Assembly: GCA_951406725.2 (NCBI GenBank) | Contig: OX597819.1 | Coordinates: 59,148,001 to 59,212,000 of the forward strand | Direction of reading: 5' to 3' | From: Octopus vulgaris | Lineage: Eukaryota | Length of the DNA: 64,000 bases | Shown here: positions 14,534 to 26,932 of the stretch, piece after piece | Layout of the letters: each line of letters opens with the position of its first letter | How positions within the stretch are numbered: position 1 is the first letter of the stretch | Translations under genes and position numbers: made by a program | Notes under the pieces: generated by a model | Databases searched by the model: none | The model's input: only the letters and a program-made list of their open reading frames with translations | Told to the model about the DNA's origin: nothing

Positions 14534-16278
14534 CTAAAATGCAATAAAATAAAATAAACAAAACAGTTCTGGAGTTTATTAAATCAACTACTCTTCATCT
14601 CATCTATAAAATTTGAGATCAATATTCAGAACAACTTGTACAATCATGATTAATTATTATTAGCATCCGGTCCTAATTCATTGTATTCTTAGTAACTGAC
14701 CTGCTAGTATGGCCACAAAGAGCTACCAGTTTCTTCTTATAACCTACATCTGTCAATGAATAAAAAGACTTTCTATTATGAGAAGGAGATATCAAAGAGA
14801 AACCTGTCATTCCACATATACATCTGACATTTGTAACATAGATTTCAATATAACAACTACGCAATACAGTTTTTTAGCTTGATTATACATACCAACAACT
14901 ATCAACCAGAAAACCTGTAGTTGTAATCATTATATAGCCAAATCAGCCTTGAATGATAAGACCTTTTATTTATTTATTTTTTGGCCTCCAGGTGTCCAGA
15001 ACATTATCCAATGTGTCCTTTCACTATTTGTAATTTAAAAAAAAAAAATTGGCTGTTATTTCTAGCAGGTAAAATGGCCATGTAGATGCCTGACATTAAT
15101 TGATTATATTGATTGCACAGTAGCAATGTTACATTTAATTAAGTCATTATGCAAATGAATATGTGCCTAGGCACATATTTGTTTACATTTTAATAAGAGA
15201 ATGAATTATAGTTGTTTTAGGTTAATGGAATCAAGTATAAGTTATATATCAATGGGAGAATAGACAAGACTCATACTGCAGCCAATGATGAAGAAATGAG
15301 TGGATACATATAATGAATATTACCAAGTTTTATTCCCATTACCATTAATTAGATTAATATTATCATCAGACTGGACTTGTGTCACATCATCACCAAATGA
15401 TTAACTCCTCTCACCTGCATAATATTCACATACTGTCATTTAAAAATATACTTTATTTTTCCCCTGTGAGACCTAACTGTTGTTTAGATAATGCGTAGAG
15501 GGAAATTAACATAGTTAAAAATGAGGCATAAGTGAATACAAAGACCCAGTTTCCAGTGATGAACCATCACAAATAAAAGAAATATATATGGTCCTCATAT
15601 TCTATATTTGTTAGATGGGGTCACCATTACTGTGAAATAACACCTAAAGTGTTTTTGGTCTAAGTTCTCATCACCTGGTGCAATACCACTCACCTTCTCA
15701 GCTGAGGAATCTTTGTCTTGCAAGTTACTAAGTGACCTTACTGGTATTGGGGTCATGTAAAAAGTACCCAGTCATCTCTGTAAAGTGGTTAGCATGAGGA
15801 AAGGCATCCAGTCATGAAAACCATGCCAATGCAGACAGTGGAGCTTGATGAAGTCCACTGGCTTATCAGCTCCTGTCAAACTGTCCAGCCCATGCCAGCA
15901 TGGAAGACAGACATATGATGATGATGATTTGACAGCAAAATATATTATTTTTCAGATTTGAGAATTTTCAGACCTGAAACCTCTGTAAATCTGTCACAAA
16001 CATTAACTGACATAGTTTTAAAATAATTTCACTTTTTTTTTTTCTTGTTGAAAACTAAAAAAATAAGTGGTAGAAAAAATAAGACTAACATAAACATATG
16101 TATAGTGGTCAGAGTTCTTTCACTACGAAACATGTTAAATGTATAGCAGTCAGTATTAGACTAACTATATATAACCCCAGATTCTGTATCTGAAGAGGAG
16201 TAATGTGATCACTCAACCAGCAAAAAAAAAAATAGTAACCAAATTCTTCTTATATCAAACCCTGCTGTCTTAATAGGA

Positions 16279-16665
16279 GGCACAGGAGTGGCTGTGTGGT
16301 AAGTAGCTTGCTTACCAACCACATGGTTCCAAGTTCAGTCCCACTGCATGGTACCTTGGGCAAGTGTCTTCTACTATAGCCTCAGGCCAACCAGAGCCTT
16401 GTGAGTGGATTTGCTAGACGGAAACTGAAAGAAGCCCATCGTATATATGTATATATATATATGTGTGTGTGTTTCTGTGTCTGTGTTTGTCCCTCCAACA
16501 TCACTGGTGTGTTTATGTACCCGTAACTTAGCAGTTCGGCAAAAGAGACCGATAGAATAAGTAGTAGGCTTACAAAGAATAAGTCCTGGGGTCGATTTGC
16601 TCGACTAAAGGCGGTGCTCCAGCATGGCCACAGTCAAATGACTGAAACAAGTAAAAGAGTAAAGA
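16279..16665 (+). mobile_element. SINE family A, full length
   Basis: GGCACAGGAGTGGCTGTGTGGTAAG head, GTTCAGTCCC B-box-like motif, GACTGAAACAAGTAAAAGAG tail. Confidence 0.92.
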
Positions 16666-17037
16666 GGAGGAGAGATTTATTTAATAATATCATCCTGGAA
16701 ACATACACTATACCTGAAAACATGTGGAGTTGGTTACAGCTGGAGTTTAACAACAACAAAACTGTAGGACCTAATTACTACATTCTTACCAACCATTAAA
16801 TATCCTATCCTACTCTCAGCATAAACTGATTCACAACAGTTCAATGTCCTCAAAAACATTCTCTATTTCACCCCTAGTTACCCAATTTTTTAAACTTCTC
16901 TCCCTCTTTGAAGACCTATTCCTCAACTATGGAAATATTCATCCTTAAGTAAAGAGAAGTAATCTTTCTGATTTTGCTAATGGCATCCTGCTACCTTTCA
17001 GATACAGAATTTCTAATAAAATAGAAATAATCATTAA

Positions 17038-17259
17038 CCATTTTGTTACCACATTTTTGTTGAGATGTTCTGTGTTTCTTTCAAATCATTTTAAATACAA
17101 CAAAGAATTTAGTAAAATAACTTAGTTATCATTAAGCTAATGTTAGGAACATAAATTCTGACTAAAGTTTGGTGGAAGTTTTTAATTCAGAACTTTTGAA
17201 AACAAGACATTTGTACTACAAAGTCAGAGGTGGTTTCAGCCAGATTGGTATCAAAAGGA
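17038..17259 (-). mobile_element. piggyBac-like MITE (same family as 1830-2051)
   Basis: Reverse-complement similarity over the full length; TTAA flanks. Confidence 0.85.
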
Positions 17260-17595
17260 TTAATGACATCCAACAATATTTTAAATTCTAACCACCCCCC
17301 ACCTCTCTAAAACACAAACATTGATTTTTATAAAACTAGGTTCATTAATGACCTTCCATTCACACTGTCTACACAACTCATTTCTGTGTCACTTAGAACA
17401 GTACACTGAAACTGTGATAGCTGCATTCAACCAAAGTGAAGCTGTTGACAAAGTATGCCATGCAACTCATTTAGAAAACTTACCACCTGGCTTTTTGTGC
17501 TTCCACATGTTAATTCTACTCTCTTGCTCTCCTAACTCCACAACCAGTTTACTTTAAAGATTAATCATCTCACCAAGCTTATCATTCCTCTAGAA

Positions 17596-17743
17596 CAGTA
17601 TTTCTCAACCATTTTTCACCTATGAATCCCTTTGATTCCTATTTTATTTGGGTGGACTCTCACAGTTATTTGATGTTTTAAAAAATACTATTATATTTTT
17701 ATAATTAAATATTAGAAATTGTATTAAAAAATTGTTAAAATAT

Positions 17744-17775
<32 letters not shown>

Positions 17776-17836
17776 TTAGCAACAAAATCTAATGTGGACC
17801 CCCAAGGGTCACATGGACCTCCATTGAGAAGTACTG
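17596..17836. mobile_element. hAT (Charlie-like) MITE
   Basis: TIR CAGTATTTCTCAA / TTGAGAAGTACTG; perfect 8-bp TSD CTCTAGAA. Confidence 0.9.
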
Positions 17837-17844
17837 CTCTAGAA

Positions 17845-19775
17845 ACTTTGATTTCAATGGCTATGAATTGCTACTGCTGGTCTACATGAATTAAGGTATA
17901 CCTTGTTAGAAGATTGGCAGACAGCCATTTGCTTTAAATACTGACGTATATTCTTTTTGTTTGTCATAATGAAGTTAAACGTTTTGGCTGCAAATAATGA
18001 TTGCTTCTCAGCTTCTGTTTCTCATCACAGCAATTTACTTGAGCTAAAATATTGAAACAGAAAAATAACAATGGAAATATATCTCCAGTTACATCACTTT
18101 GGTAGGACTCCATCAGATATAAGCACAGAGTGGAGTCAATGGAAAACTACTTTTCTAAATTTTCTTACTAAATTTCCAAACTCAACTAACAAACAAAGAC
18201 TGGTTCTGCGAACAAACTTCTCACCAACTAGGTTCAGCCATATTGCAAATAGCGTCAGCTACATTACTGCTAAAGGTATTCTCGATAATCTTTATTAGAT
18301 TTCAGCTGCAGTCATGAAAATAATAGCCAGGTGACAACACTGAATCTTATGCTACAGTTCTATGCAACCTTGCCAGACATGGTGACTTTCAAAATGTAAC
18401 CACTGATATATACCAAGAGAAAATCATTAAACATTCAGTTATTCTTGGAACCTGACAACTTGTCACAAAGAAGTTAAATGTCCTTTACTACTTAGGGCAT
18501 AAAATACAGAGTAATTGGTTGAAACCTGACATAGAAAGATCAGGACTTCTCATCGGTTACCCAACACCTAGCTAAACAAGATTACTAGGGTTGTTTGATT
18601 TACTATTCCTTCTTGGCACTACTAAAATCCCTACTAAAACCTACTTTTCTGTAGGGAAAAGACACCAAAATACCATTAATCTACTTGAAACTAGTCAATG
18701 CCTCTCTTAACACCTAATATATGAAGTCTCAATGCATGTTGAAACTGATGCATCTAGAACAATAATTTAAAGTAGGAAAAAAAAACCTGTCACTTTTTTG
18801 TTCAGAATTGTTTTGCTTTGTATAGAATCTGTTGTCAACTGAAAAGGAGGTTACGAGTATTATACTAAATGCTAGCTAATGGCAGATGTTTTTATGTCAA
18901 GGCCATTTCATGTTATGCACTGATCAGCAAGTTATCCCTTTTATTAAACTGATCTGGTAACCTTGTAGTAATTTGTCTATTTTCAAAATATATTCTTCAT
19001 ATCTGTGATCTAATTTCAATCCAATTAGACCAACGATTCTAATCTACGTCTCAAGATAGCTTTACTTTTCTGGAAAAAAATTATTTGCTCAAATCAAAGC
19101 AACTCTTTACCATCAAACTGGAAACAGTTACGTAGAATATGTAAATGGAACTCTATGGAGTTTGCCCTTTGTTCAAGAAAGGTAACAGAAAAATGATGGA
19201 GTTTCATGAAAGACTAACTTTCAAAGTCACTCCTCAACAATATATTTGGATGGCTGTCTGAGCTAGAGAAGTTTTCCTAAGACAGTTTATGCCAAACAAT
19301 AAAACAAGCCAATCAAGGTAAAATTAATTAATGTTACTCATTGCTATGCTAATATCAAATACCCCAATGATTAAATTAACACAGCCTCAACTAAAAATAT
19401 AACATCACCTGGCAGACAAAGCTCCCCAGGGATTTGATTGGACTCTGGTTCCACTTAAGAAACTTCTGTTACCAATAGTCACAATGCTAATATTTTGAAG
19501 ATTTGGCCTGAATAGACTTTGGGTTCATTAACAGATTCTCCATCAACAACCTTTGCAGTAAGCGAAGGGGTCAGACTGAACAGATGTGTGAAAGGAGAAA
19601 GCCCAGTATCAATCTCATTACTGAAGCGGAGATCATGGCCTACCACTTCTTCATCATTCAACGAAGGATCCTGAATGTACCAGAGAGATTAAATCTTTAA
19701 AACATTGATATTATGAATTGTTACTTGCAGTCTAAATACCTTGGTTGAAGACTAGCAGACAGTCATCTGACTTGA
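17845..19775 (+). mobile_element. Heavily deleted Ty3/Gypsy-like LTR retrotransposon relic
   Basis: Gag-like ORF 18071-18298 (W..W...F.NF); RNase H VETDAS at about 18738 and CTDQQ at about 18916; diverged direct repeats TATGAATTG.TAC...ATACCTTG.T.GAAGA.T.GCAGACAG.CAT at about 17862-17930 and 19712-19770. Confidence 0.65.
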
Positions 19776-20335
19776 ATGAAATAACAGCCAATGTATTTAA
19801 CCATGATGAATTTACAATGAAGTCTCTTGATAGATTCAAATATTAAGTCACATCAAACAAACTTAGCTGTCTCTTGAGAACAAAAATTATTACAGCTTCA
19901 AATAAGTATTCTCTGTCCATAAAGCCCTTCTATTTTCACTCTATAGAATATTGTTCTCTGGGATGATGCACCATCTACCATCAATAACAGCAGTGAGTCA
20001 ACAAGAGAGCTCCAACATGATTACTGCACCTACAAGAAACAGCAGCCAAATTTTCAAGTCACACACTCAGTCTTCAAAAAGAGGACACATTGAATAATAT
20101 AATCATGGATACACTATCACTGGAAACAAAGATACGATGGGCATGGCTGAAGCATCTTTGGCTCACAAAACTACTCTGTCAGGACTAGCATGAGATTAAA
20201 CAATAAAAATTGTGATCCTAATAGATTCGATAAGAAACTGAGTGTAGTAGCTATAAAAATACAATCTAGAATAAACAAAATGATATCTTGCTTATATTAT
20301 GGATGGTTATCTAAAACAAATAAAACTCTTCTTAC

Positions 20336-20505
20336 CTGATAGTGGTTGTGGAGAAGCCACTAATAAATCAGTAAATAGTAATACAAACTACAAAATAAAT
20401 GGGTTGTTGTGTTGCTCAAAAAGCATGATTGCTACCAGGGTACAGTGAATCCATAGCTACAAGATATTGTGAAGCTACCAGACATAAATTTTTAAATACT
20501 ACATA
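20336..20505 (-). other. Candidate internal exon of a minus-strand transcript (stops in all three frames)
   Basis: About 35-nt polypyrimidine tract plus ATCAG acceptor (20506-20545) and CAG|GTAAGA donor at 20335; 170 nt. Confidence 0.55.
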
Positions 20506-22564
20506 CTGATAAAAGCAAAAGGGGAAAAAGGAAAAGAAAAATGTAAAATAGAACAATATTAGACAGAGATACACTACTGAGCCATCTGATGTGATCATCC
20601 TTGAATAACATTTTGGTTACAATACATAATAATAATAATGACAGTGTGGAAGTTTTGGGATTGTATTATACTAATCAATTCAAAACTATCACAAACTCTT
20701 ATAGAAGGCATTATTTCATTTTAACATCAGAAAAAATGTATGACTTTTAATATGAACTTCAGAAAGTGCCATGCAGTGGGACTGAACCCCAACAATTGGG
20801 TTGAGAGGCAAACTTCTTAACCACTCAGCCATCCTATGCCTTTATCTGTAATCATATAATTTGCTATAGATATTGACCTGCAGATGTTCAGATTAAGCAT
20901 AAGCCACATCAATCACACTAGTCTGGAATAGTTTACAAGCAAAGGTCATGGGTGATGCCCCTCCTCTCCTGGCTAATTATAAAAGAGACAGCAATTGAGA
21001 GTAGAAAGGAAAAAATATGTGAGAGAATGGAGAAGAGAGAGAAGGTATGTGTGAGGGCGTAAAGGACAGTACCACATCCTCAAGATAACTATAACATTCA
21101 AGATATTTTAGCTTGATATAAACTACAAGAAAGTTAAATACACAAAATAAAAAGCATAATTGACACTAAATTAAACTGTGTTGATGATAATAATAATAAT
21201 ATCAATAGATTACTTAGATGAGGTTAAGTCATAAAGTAGGAATAACATAGGATGTTGCATTATTTAAGCTCTGGTCTTAGCCGAGGGTGGAGTACCAGAA
21301 TTTGAAATAGTTACTACCATTCGGTTATCACTAATCCTTAGTCACAGACTCACCCAGAACCTTTAATTAAATTATCACTGAACTTTCAGCATTATGACAG
21401 AGCAATGCAACTTGATTCCACAGAAGCCAAAAATGTGAGAAATAGTTATTCTGTAATGCAAAACTACCTTTTAAAGAGTAGAAATGTGTGTACGTGTTTG
21501 TAAAGATAAATAAATTCAGAAAGAAAATGTGGGATGGAGAAAAGTGTGATAAATAAACAAACAAGCAATGTCATGACTCTCGGATGAAGTAACAAACCGC
21601 AAAAGATGTCAAACTGTAAAAGCCATATTTAAAAGGCTTGTCAATTTTCAGAGGTTATTTGCCAGTGAAAGAAAAAATATTATATTATAATGAAATATTG
21701 TCAAATGTCAAGTTTACCTACAGTAAATAACACAGAATTGTTGTTTTATAGTCACCATCATGATCAGTCACTTAACATCTGAAACAACACTGTAAAAAAC
21801 AAAATAATTACATATAAAACATGAAAGCAGTGTTTTCATGAACTTGACATTTATATAGTAAAAATGTAAGTCAGATCAAAGCAGAAACAGGAAATTGTTC
21901 TGTCTGTTGCTTTTATAAGGATGAAATTGTACTAGCTGCTACAACATTCTGATCAGTGGATCAGCTGGATTTTTCTTCAAATCAATTTATTAACCAAAAG
22001 AAAATGTTATATAGGTTACATAATTAAACAGTGATTCAAATGAACTAGATGACTGAATACAGTACCAAACTTGATGCAAGGTGACATGAAATTCTGTTGC
22101 ATGCAAATTAGTCAGCTTAGAAACAGATTAAGTTAACATTTTGAAATATAGAAATGTTGACAACAGGAAGGGACCAACAAACAAAATACTGCATATAAAA
22201 ATAAAGACATGAAAGTGAAGATTCTACAATTTCATTACAAGTTAATACAAGTTTCTAAGCTGACTAATTACATCAGTTTAAAATGACATTTTTTTATCCT
22301 AAATCCTCAAAATCTCCAATATTAACTATTTAATGTCTGAATCCAGCAGTTGGCAAAACTTTTATTGACAGCAATACAAAAAAGAATTCAGAAAAATTGC
22401 TAGGTCTAGGGCACCCATTTGGTTCGCCAGACCTCAGTCAAATTGTCCAACCCATGCTAGCATGGAAAGTGGACGTTAAACGATGATGATGATGATCAAG
22501 GCTCTCTTTGAAATTACAATCATTACAAATTTTATAAGACAGCTGAATAATATAAAAGGATTTA

Positions 22565-22930
22565 TCCATCCATCTTCTCCATCTAGTATTCCTGGGAAAG
22601 TCATGGGGTACAGACTTCAGGCATCTCCTTCATAGGATCCTACCAGAAACAAATGACATTGCACATTCTGGCTGGATTCTCAGTGAATAACTGAGACTGT
22701 GGATATTATCCAACCACCTCATTCTTGGTCCATCCCTAGGTCTCCTGCCAGTTGACTCAGCCTGAAGAATCTGTCTTGTGATTCTTTCCTGTGACATTCA
22801 AATCACATGTTTGCAGTGGTGGAGCTGTGACTTATTTATAAGAAGTAGCGAATCAACCTGGAGAGACTCATTGATCTCTGACCTAAATGCCATGTCAAGT
22901 AAAGTTACTCTAGAAAGTCTCTGGAAAACC
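22565..22930 (-). mobile_element. Old RTE-like LINE 3' fragment
   Basis: Encodes a decayed R.LG..RMRWLDNI-type C-terminus; homologous to 60757-60985. Confidence 0.7.
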
Positions 22931-24924
22931 CCAATTTCAGCTGCTTGTATTCACAGACATTACTTAAAAGGTTCAAACTGGGAAAAAGAAATGTATGTGA
23001 ACAGTCAAGAGCTAAAACTTTATCAAGCCATTACGCTATGTTCTTAGGAAACACAAATTACATTGTTTCTAGCTACTTAGCAGTCACAGATACCTCTCTC
23101 ATTTCATAGATAAGTAGGCTGGCAGTAGAAAGAGTATCCAACTGGGAAACACTTGCTCCAATGCATGAGCAGGTGTTCGTCTTTGTGAAAATCATCCCAT
23201 GGAGAAGTTTAAAATAACTTTTAAATAAGTTCTAACACTTTTCAGCACAAAAGAAAACCATGTAAATTCATTAAATATAACAACTAAAAACATCTTTATA
23301 CATAATTATCTTTCAAGAACAAATATTTAATTTAGTTCTCAAAAAAGTATTCTCACACATGAATATATTTAGACCAAAGAAATATTCAAGTAAGACGTTT
23401 AGATCCGATTATAGAGAATTAAACTTTAAAGAGAACCAAGAAAAAATAAGAATAAATAGAAACTGCTCTCGATCTCTGTTTAACAAAGAACAATAAACAA
23501 GGAAATACACTGAACATTATTTTTTAGATTCACATATTTCTGTCTAGTTAACAAATTTTCACATGTAGTTGGAAATACTGTCCAACATTTCAATTTATTT
23601 TATTCAACCCTACTTCAATTATACTAGTACTACATCAGATCTTCATGATACATTTATTTAACTTCATATTCTTGTTAAAAAAAACTTTTTAGAAGTCTAT
23701 TTGCATTTTATTAATATTCCAAACTTATTATTGGTTAATGTTATACTCTTAATACTCTTACAAGTTGTTAGCACCCTATCACTTAACACATTATATTTGC
23801 TTATCAAGAAAAATGATAGAACAAATAAATTCTAAAGAAATCCGCTTCTTAAGCTTGTCAGGACACAGTTCTTGCTATCACTAAATCTCGACTGAACAGA
23901 ACATATTTCATGAAATTCAGAAATATTCTCTGCTGTCGCTTTAATTTAGAATAAGGACTCTAAAATCTATTATAATTTCTTCACTTAAGCTATTGTTAAG
24001 ATAACATTATACAATACTAGCAGAAAGACTGTCCTCCAGGCAATTTTCTGCTAGCTGCTTGATATTTTCACATTTGATTTTCAATTCTAATAATTTTTAT
24101 ATTCTCTGCCATCGTGCTTTTGCTGCTAAATGTTCTTTCTCAGTCGCATATTTTTTTGAACACCCCATGCTGAATTGCAAAATTCTAATGTGATATTTGT
24201 GTAATAATGAAATCAAATCTGGAGTGTGTGTGTGTGTGTGTGTGAGGTTAAGAGAGAGAGAACATTGCAAACAATGAATGAAATTAACATGAAATGAAAA
24301 AATTGTATATATAAAAGCTCATTAAAAACTATCTTGTACTGAATACTGAAATTTGTGAACTTGAAATATTCAATAATAAAAGGAAGTTCAGAAAGTAAAT
24401 TTTCCTGAAAACTTAAATTTATAAAAAATTTCACTTGCTTAGTAAATATTTCTTTCAGTAATTTATCATTGTTGCAGTATATCTCTAATTTAAACAAACT
24501 TCGAAGTAGCAAAATGAAAATAGAGGTGAGAGAGAGTGAGAGATTCTATTAGTTTCATTCTACAGAGGTGAACAGGATGAAGTCAAACCAAACATAAGTG
24601 TCTCTTCTGCAGTTATTATTTGACTAGGGTTTCCCAAGATAGAGATGAAGCTAACAACTCTATTAAATCTTTTGATTTTCATGTGTTTATATGGACTGGG
24701 TGGTTGAGATGGTGTTCTTAGGATATTGTTATAATACTATTCTGGAGTGTTGCAGATGTGCCTCTTTGTTTGGGTGCAACTGTACATGTAGTAACAAGGA
24801 CAATATGAGTCACAGCTTGATGTAATAACAAAATGTGTCATTTACAAGTTCAGGAGCTTTCATTTTTGCATTTCTAGGTTGTTGTGCGACTGATATGTTC
24901 CGTGTAAATTGTAGTTATGTTAAG

Positions 24925-25200
24925 TAGAGCTACTCAAAGTGGTGGTCCACGGACCGGTGCTGGTCAGTAAACCATCAGCTGCTGGTATGCGGCAAGTTTC
25001 CATAAAAGAAAGAAACATTACAAAATGTTTATGAAATATTGTATTATTTGTTTACAAAATAAATATAAGATGAAAAAAATGGTCAACTTTTATTATATTC
25101 ATTATATATACTGTTTCCAGTATAAATTAATATTACGGTCCCTGGCACATTGGAAAAAGAAACTGTCAGTACACAACATCAGATAGTCTGAGAAACACCG
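24925..25200. mobile_element. hAT MITE
   Basis: Diverged TIRs (TAGAGCTACTCAAA / TCTGAGAAACACCG); 8-bp TSD ATGTTAAG/ATGTAAAG; GGTCCACGGACCGG subterminal motif. Confidence 0.7.
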
Positions 25201-26865
25201 ATGTAAAGTACGCAGTTTTGGACTCACTGTAGTTTGATATTTGTTCAAAAACAACTGTGAGCCCAGGCAGTGTCATATATATGATACAGTGAATATATTA
25301 TTTGTACAGTAACAATTTTGTTCATCTTCTTCAAATGTTGTGCCTGTGAGTGCTCTAAATATGTTTGCACACCATTTTATTTTCCCTACTATGTCTTCCA
25401 CATGTGCTGTGAATGTTGTAGAAGGGTCCTGTCATTGTCACTACATTATTTTAATACCTATCTCCCATACTGACACAAGTTGAATGAATCAGCAGGAACT
25501 GACAGGTCCCATAGCTTTGTTGAATTCTCTCTGCTTTAGCATGGTTTCTATGGCTGGTTGCCCTTCCTAATACTAACAACTTTACAGAGTGTACTGGGTG
25601 GCTTTGTGTCACCAAATAACTCACAAGACAAGACTTTTCAACTGAGGTGGAGGATACAGTACTGAGGGAGAGATGTTTGTGCTTGGTGTTGCTGCAGAGG
25701 GAATACATGGCTACCCCACATTACTTGAAGTTAGGAGGGAATAGCTGGAAAGAAAGAGAAAGATAGTGGTAACAAAGTATCAGGTGTGTGTGTGTGTGTG
25801 CGTGCATGCACACGTGAAGGAATGTGGCTTAGTGGTCAGGTATATTTGCACTAATGATCTGAGATTGTGGTTTCAATTCCCATACTAGGTGAACATTGTG
25901 TTCTTGAGAAAAACACTTCACCTCACATTGCTACTGTCCACTATGTGTTGTCATTGCTTAGCCTCAAGTCAGCACTAACTCAGCAGACATATGATTAAAA
26001 TCATTCTAAAGGCTCCCTGCCTCTTGGATATGTGGTATGTTAATGTTGTTGAATGTAATGGTCAATTATAATTAATGTTCTCTGATGTTACTGGTAAGAA
26101 GGGAGATATTAAATTTCCCTATATGGTAGGTTTTATTCCAATCTTATTGATTTGGAGCCAAGTTCCTAAGTGATTAAACTTTGTTAAAAAAAGTTGTACA
26201 GCTGTGTCAGAACAGTGGTGGGAAGAAGTGACTGTAATATTTGTATTCTGAAGGGTTATAGAAAGCTGGTATAGGCACAAGTTAAAAAGAATAGGTCAGA
26301 AAACAGGACCTTTTGGTTCTATATTGGGGTAGCAATTAATCTCATATTCTAGACGTGTTGTGTATTATATAGGTTTTGTGGACCCAAGAGGTTGTCTGTC
26401 AACCAAGTTTTGATTTGTTTCTTAAATAGAAGTTAAGAAGTTTTGTATAAATAGTGGGAGGACAGAGTTGAAAGCTTTTCTGACGTCAGTGATAAACTAT
26501 AACTTCAATCACACTATTGAAACAGCCAAACTGATAAAACTGGAGATCAGCTCAAACACAGCACAACATATAACAAACAGGACTCAACACCAAGAAACTA
26601 AGCAAGGCTAGACCAAAGAAAATAAATCATAGAAAAACAGAAAACCAATAAGGTATTTATGTCCAAGATAAATAAATGACAAAATAAGTAGTAAACATTA
26701 TTCAAAATAAGTAGCAGTATCAACCATTCTAACAATGGTCATATCATATCACATATTACAACATATCCACAATTCAACCACAAGCAATTTTTCTTTTAAA
26801 GCCCTTTTTGTAAAATCAGCAGCAAAAAAGACAAAAATATTAAGAGCAAAATATACACCTTCCCA

Positions 26866-26932
26866 TTGATTTTCTGATGGAAGAAAGGGGGTCCTAAGGT
26901 GCAAAATATGCTTTCTTCCATCAGAAAATCAA
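26866..26932. repeat. Perfect 22-bp inverted repeat with 23-nt loop
   Basis: TTGATTTTCTGATGGAAGAAAG ... CTTTCTTCCATCAGAAAATCAA. Confidence 0.95.

Noticed and set aside
16279-16360. tRNA-like A/B boxes
   Set aside because: These are SINE heads, do not fold into a full cloverleaf and recur with SINE bodies; no true tRNA gene was found.
21712-21745. Second AG|GT juxtaposition on the minus strand (TTACTGTAG|GTAAAC)
   Set aside because: Weaker pyrimidine tract and donor than at 31738; expected by chance.
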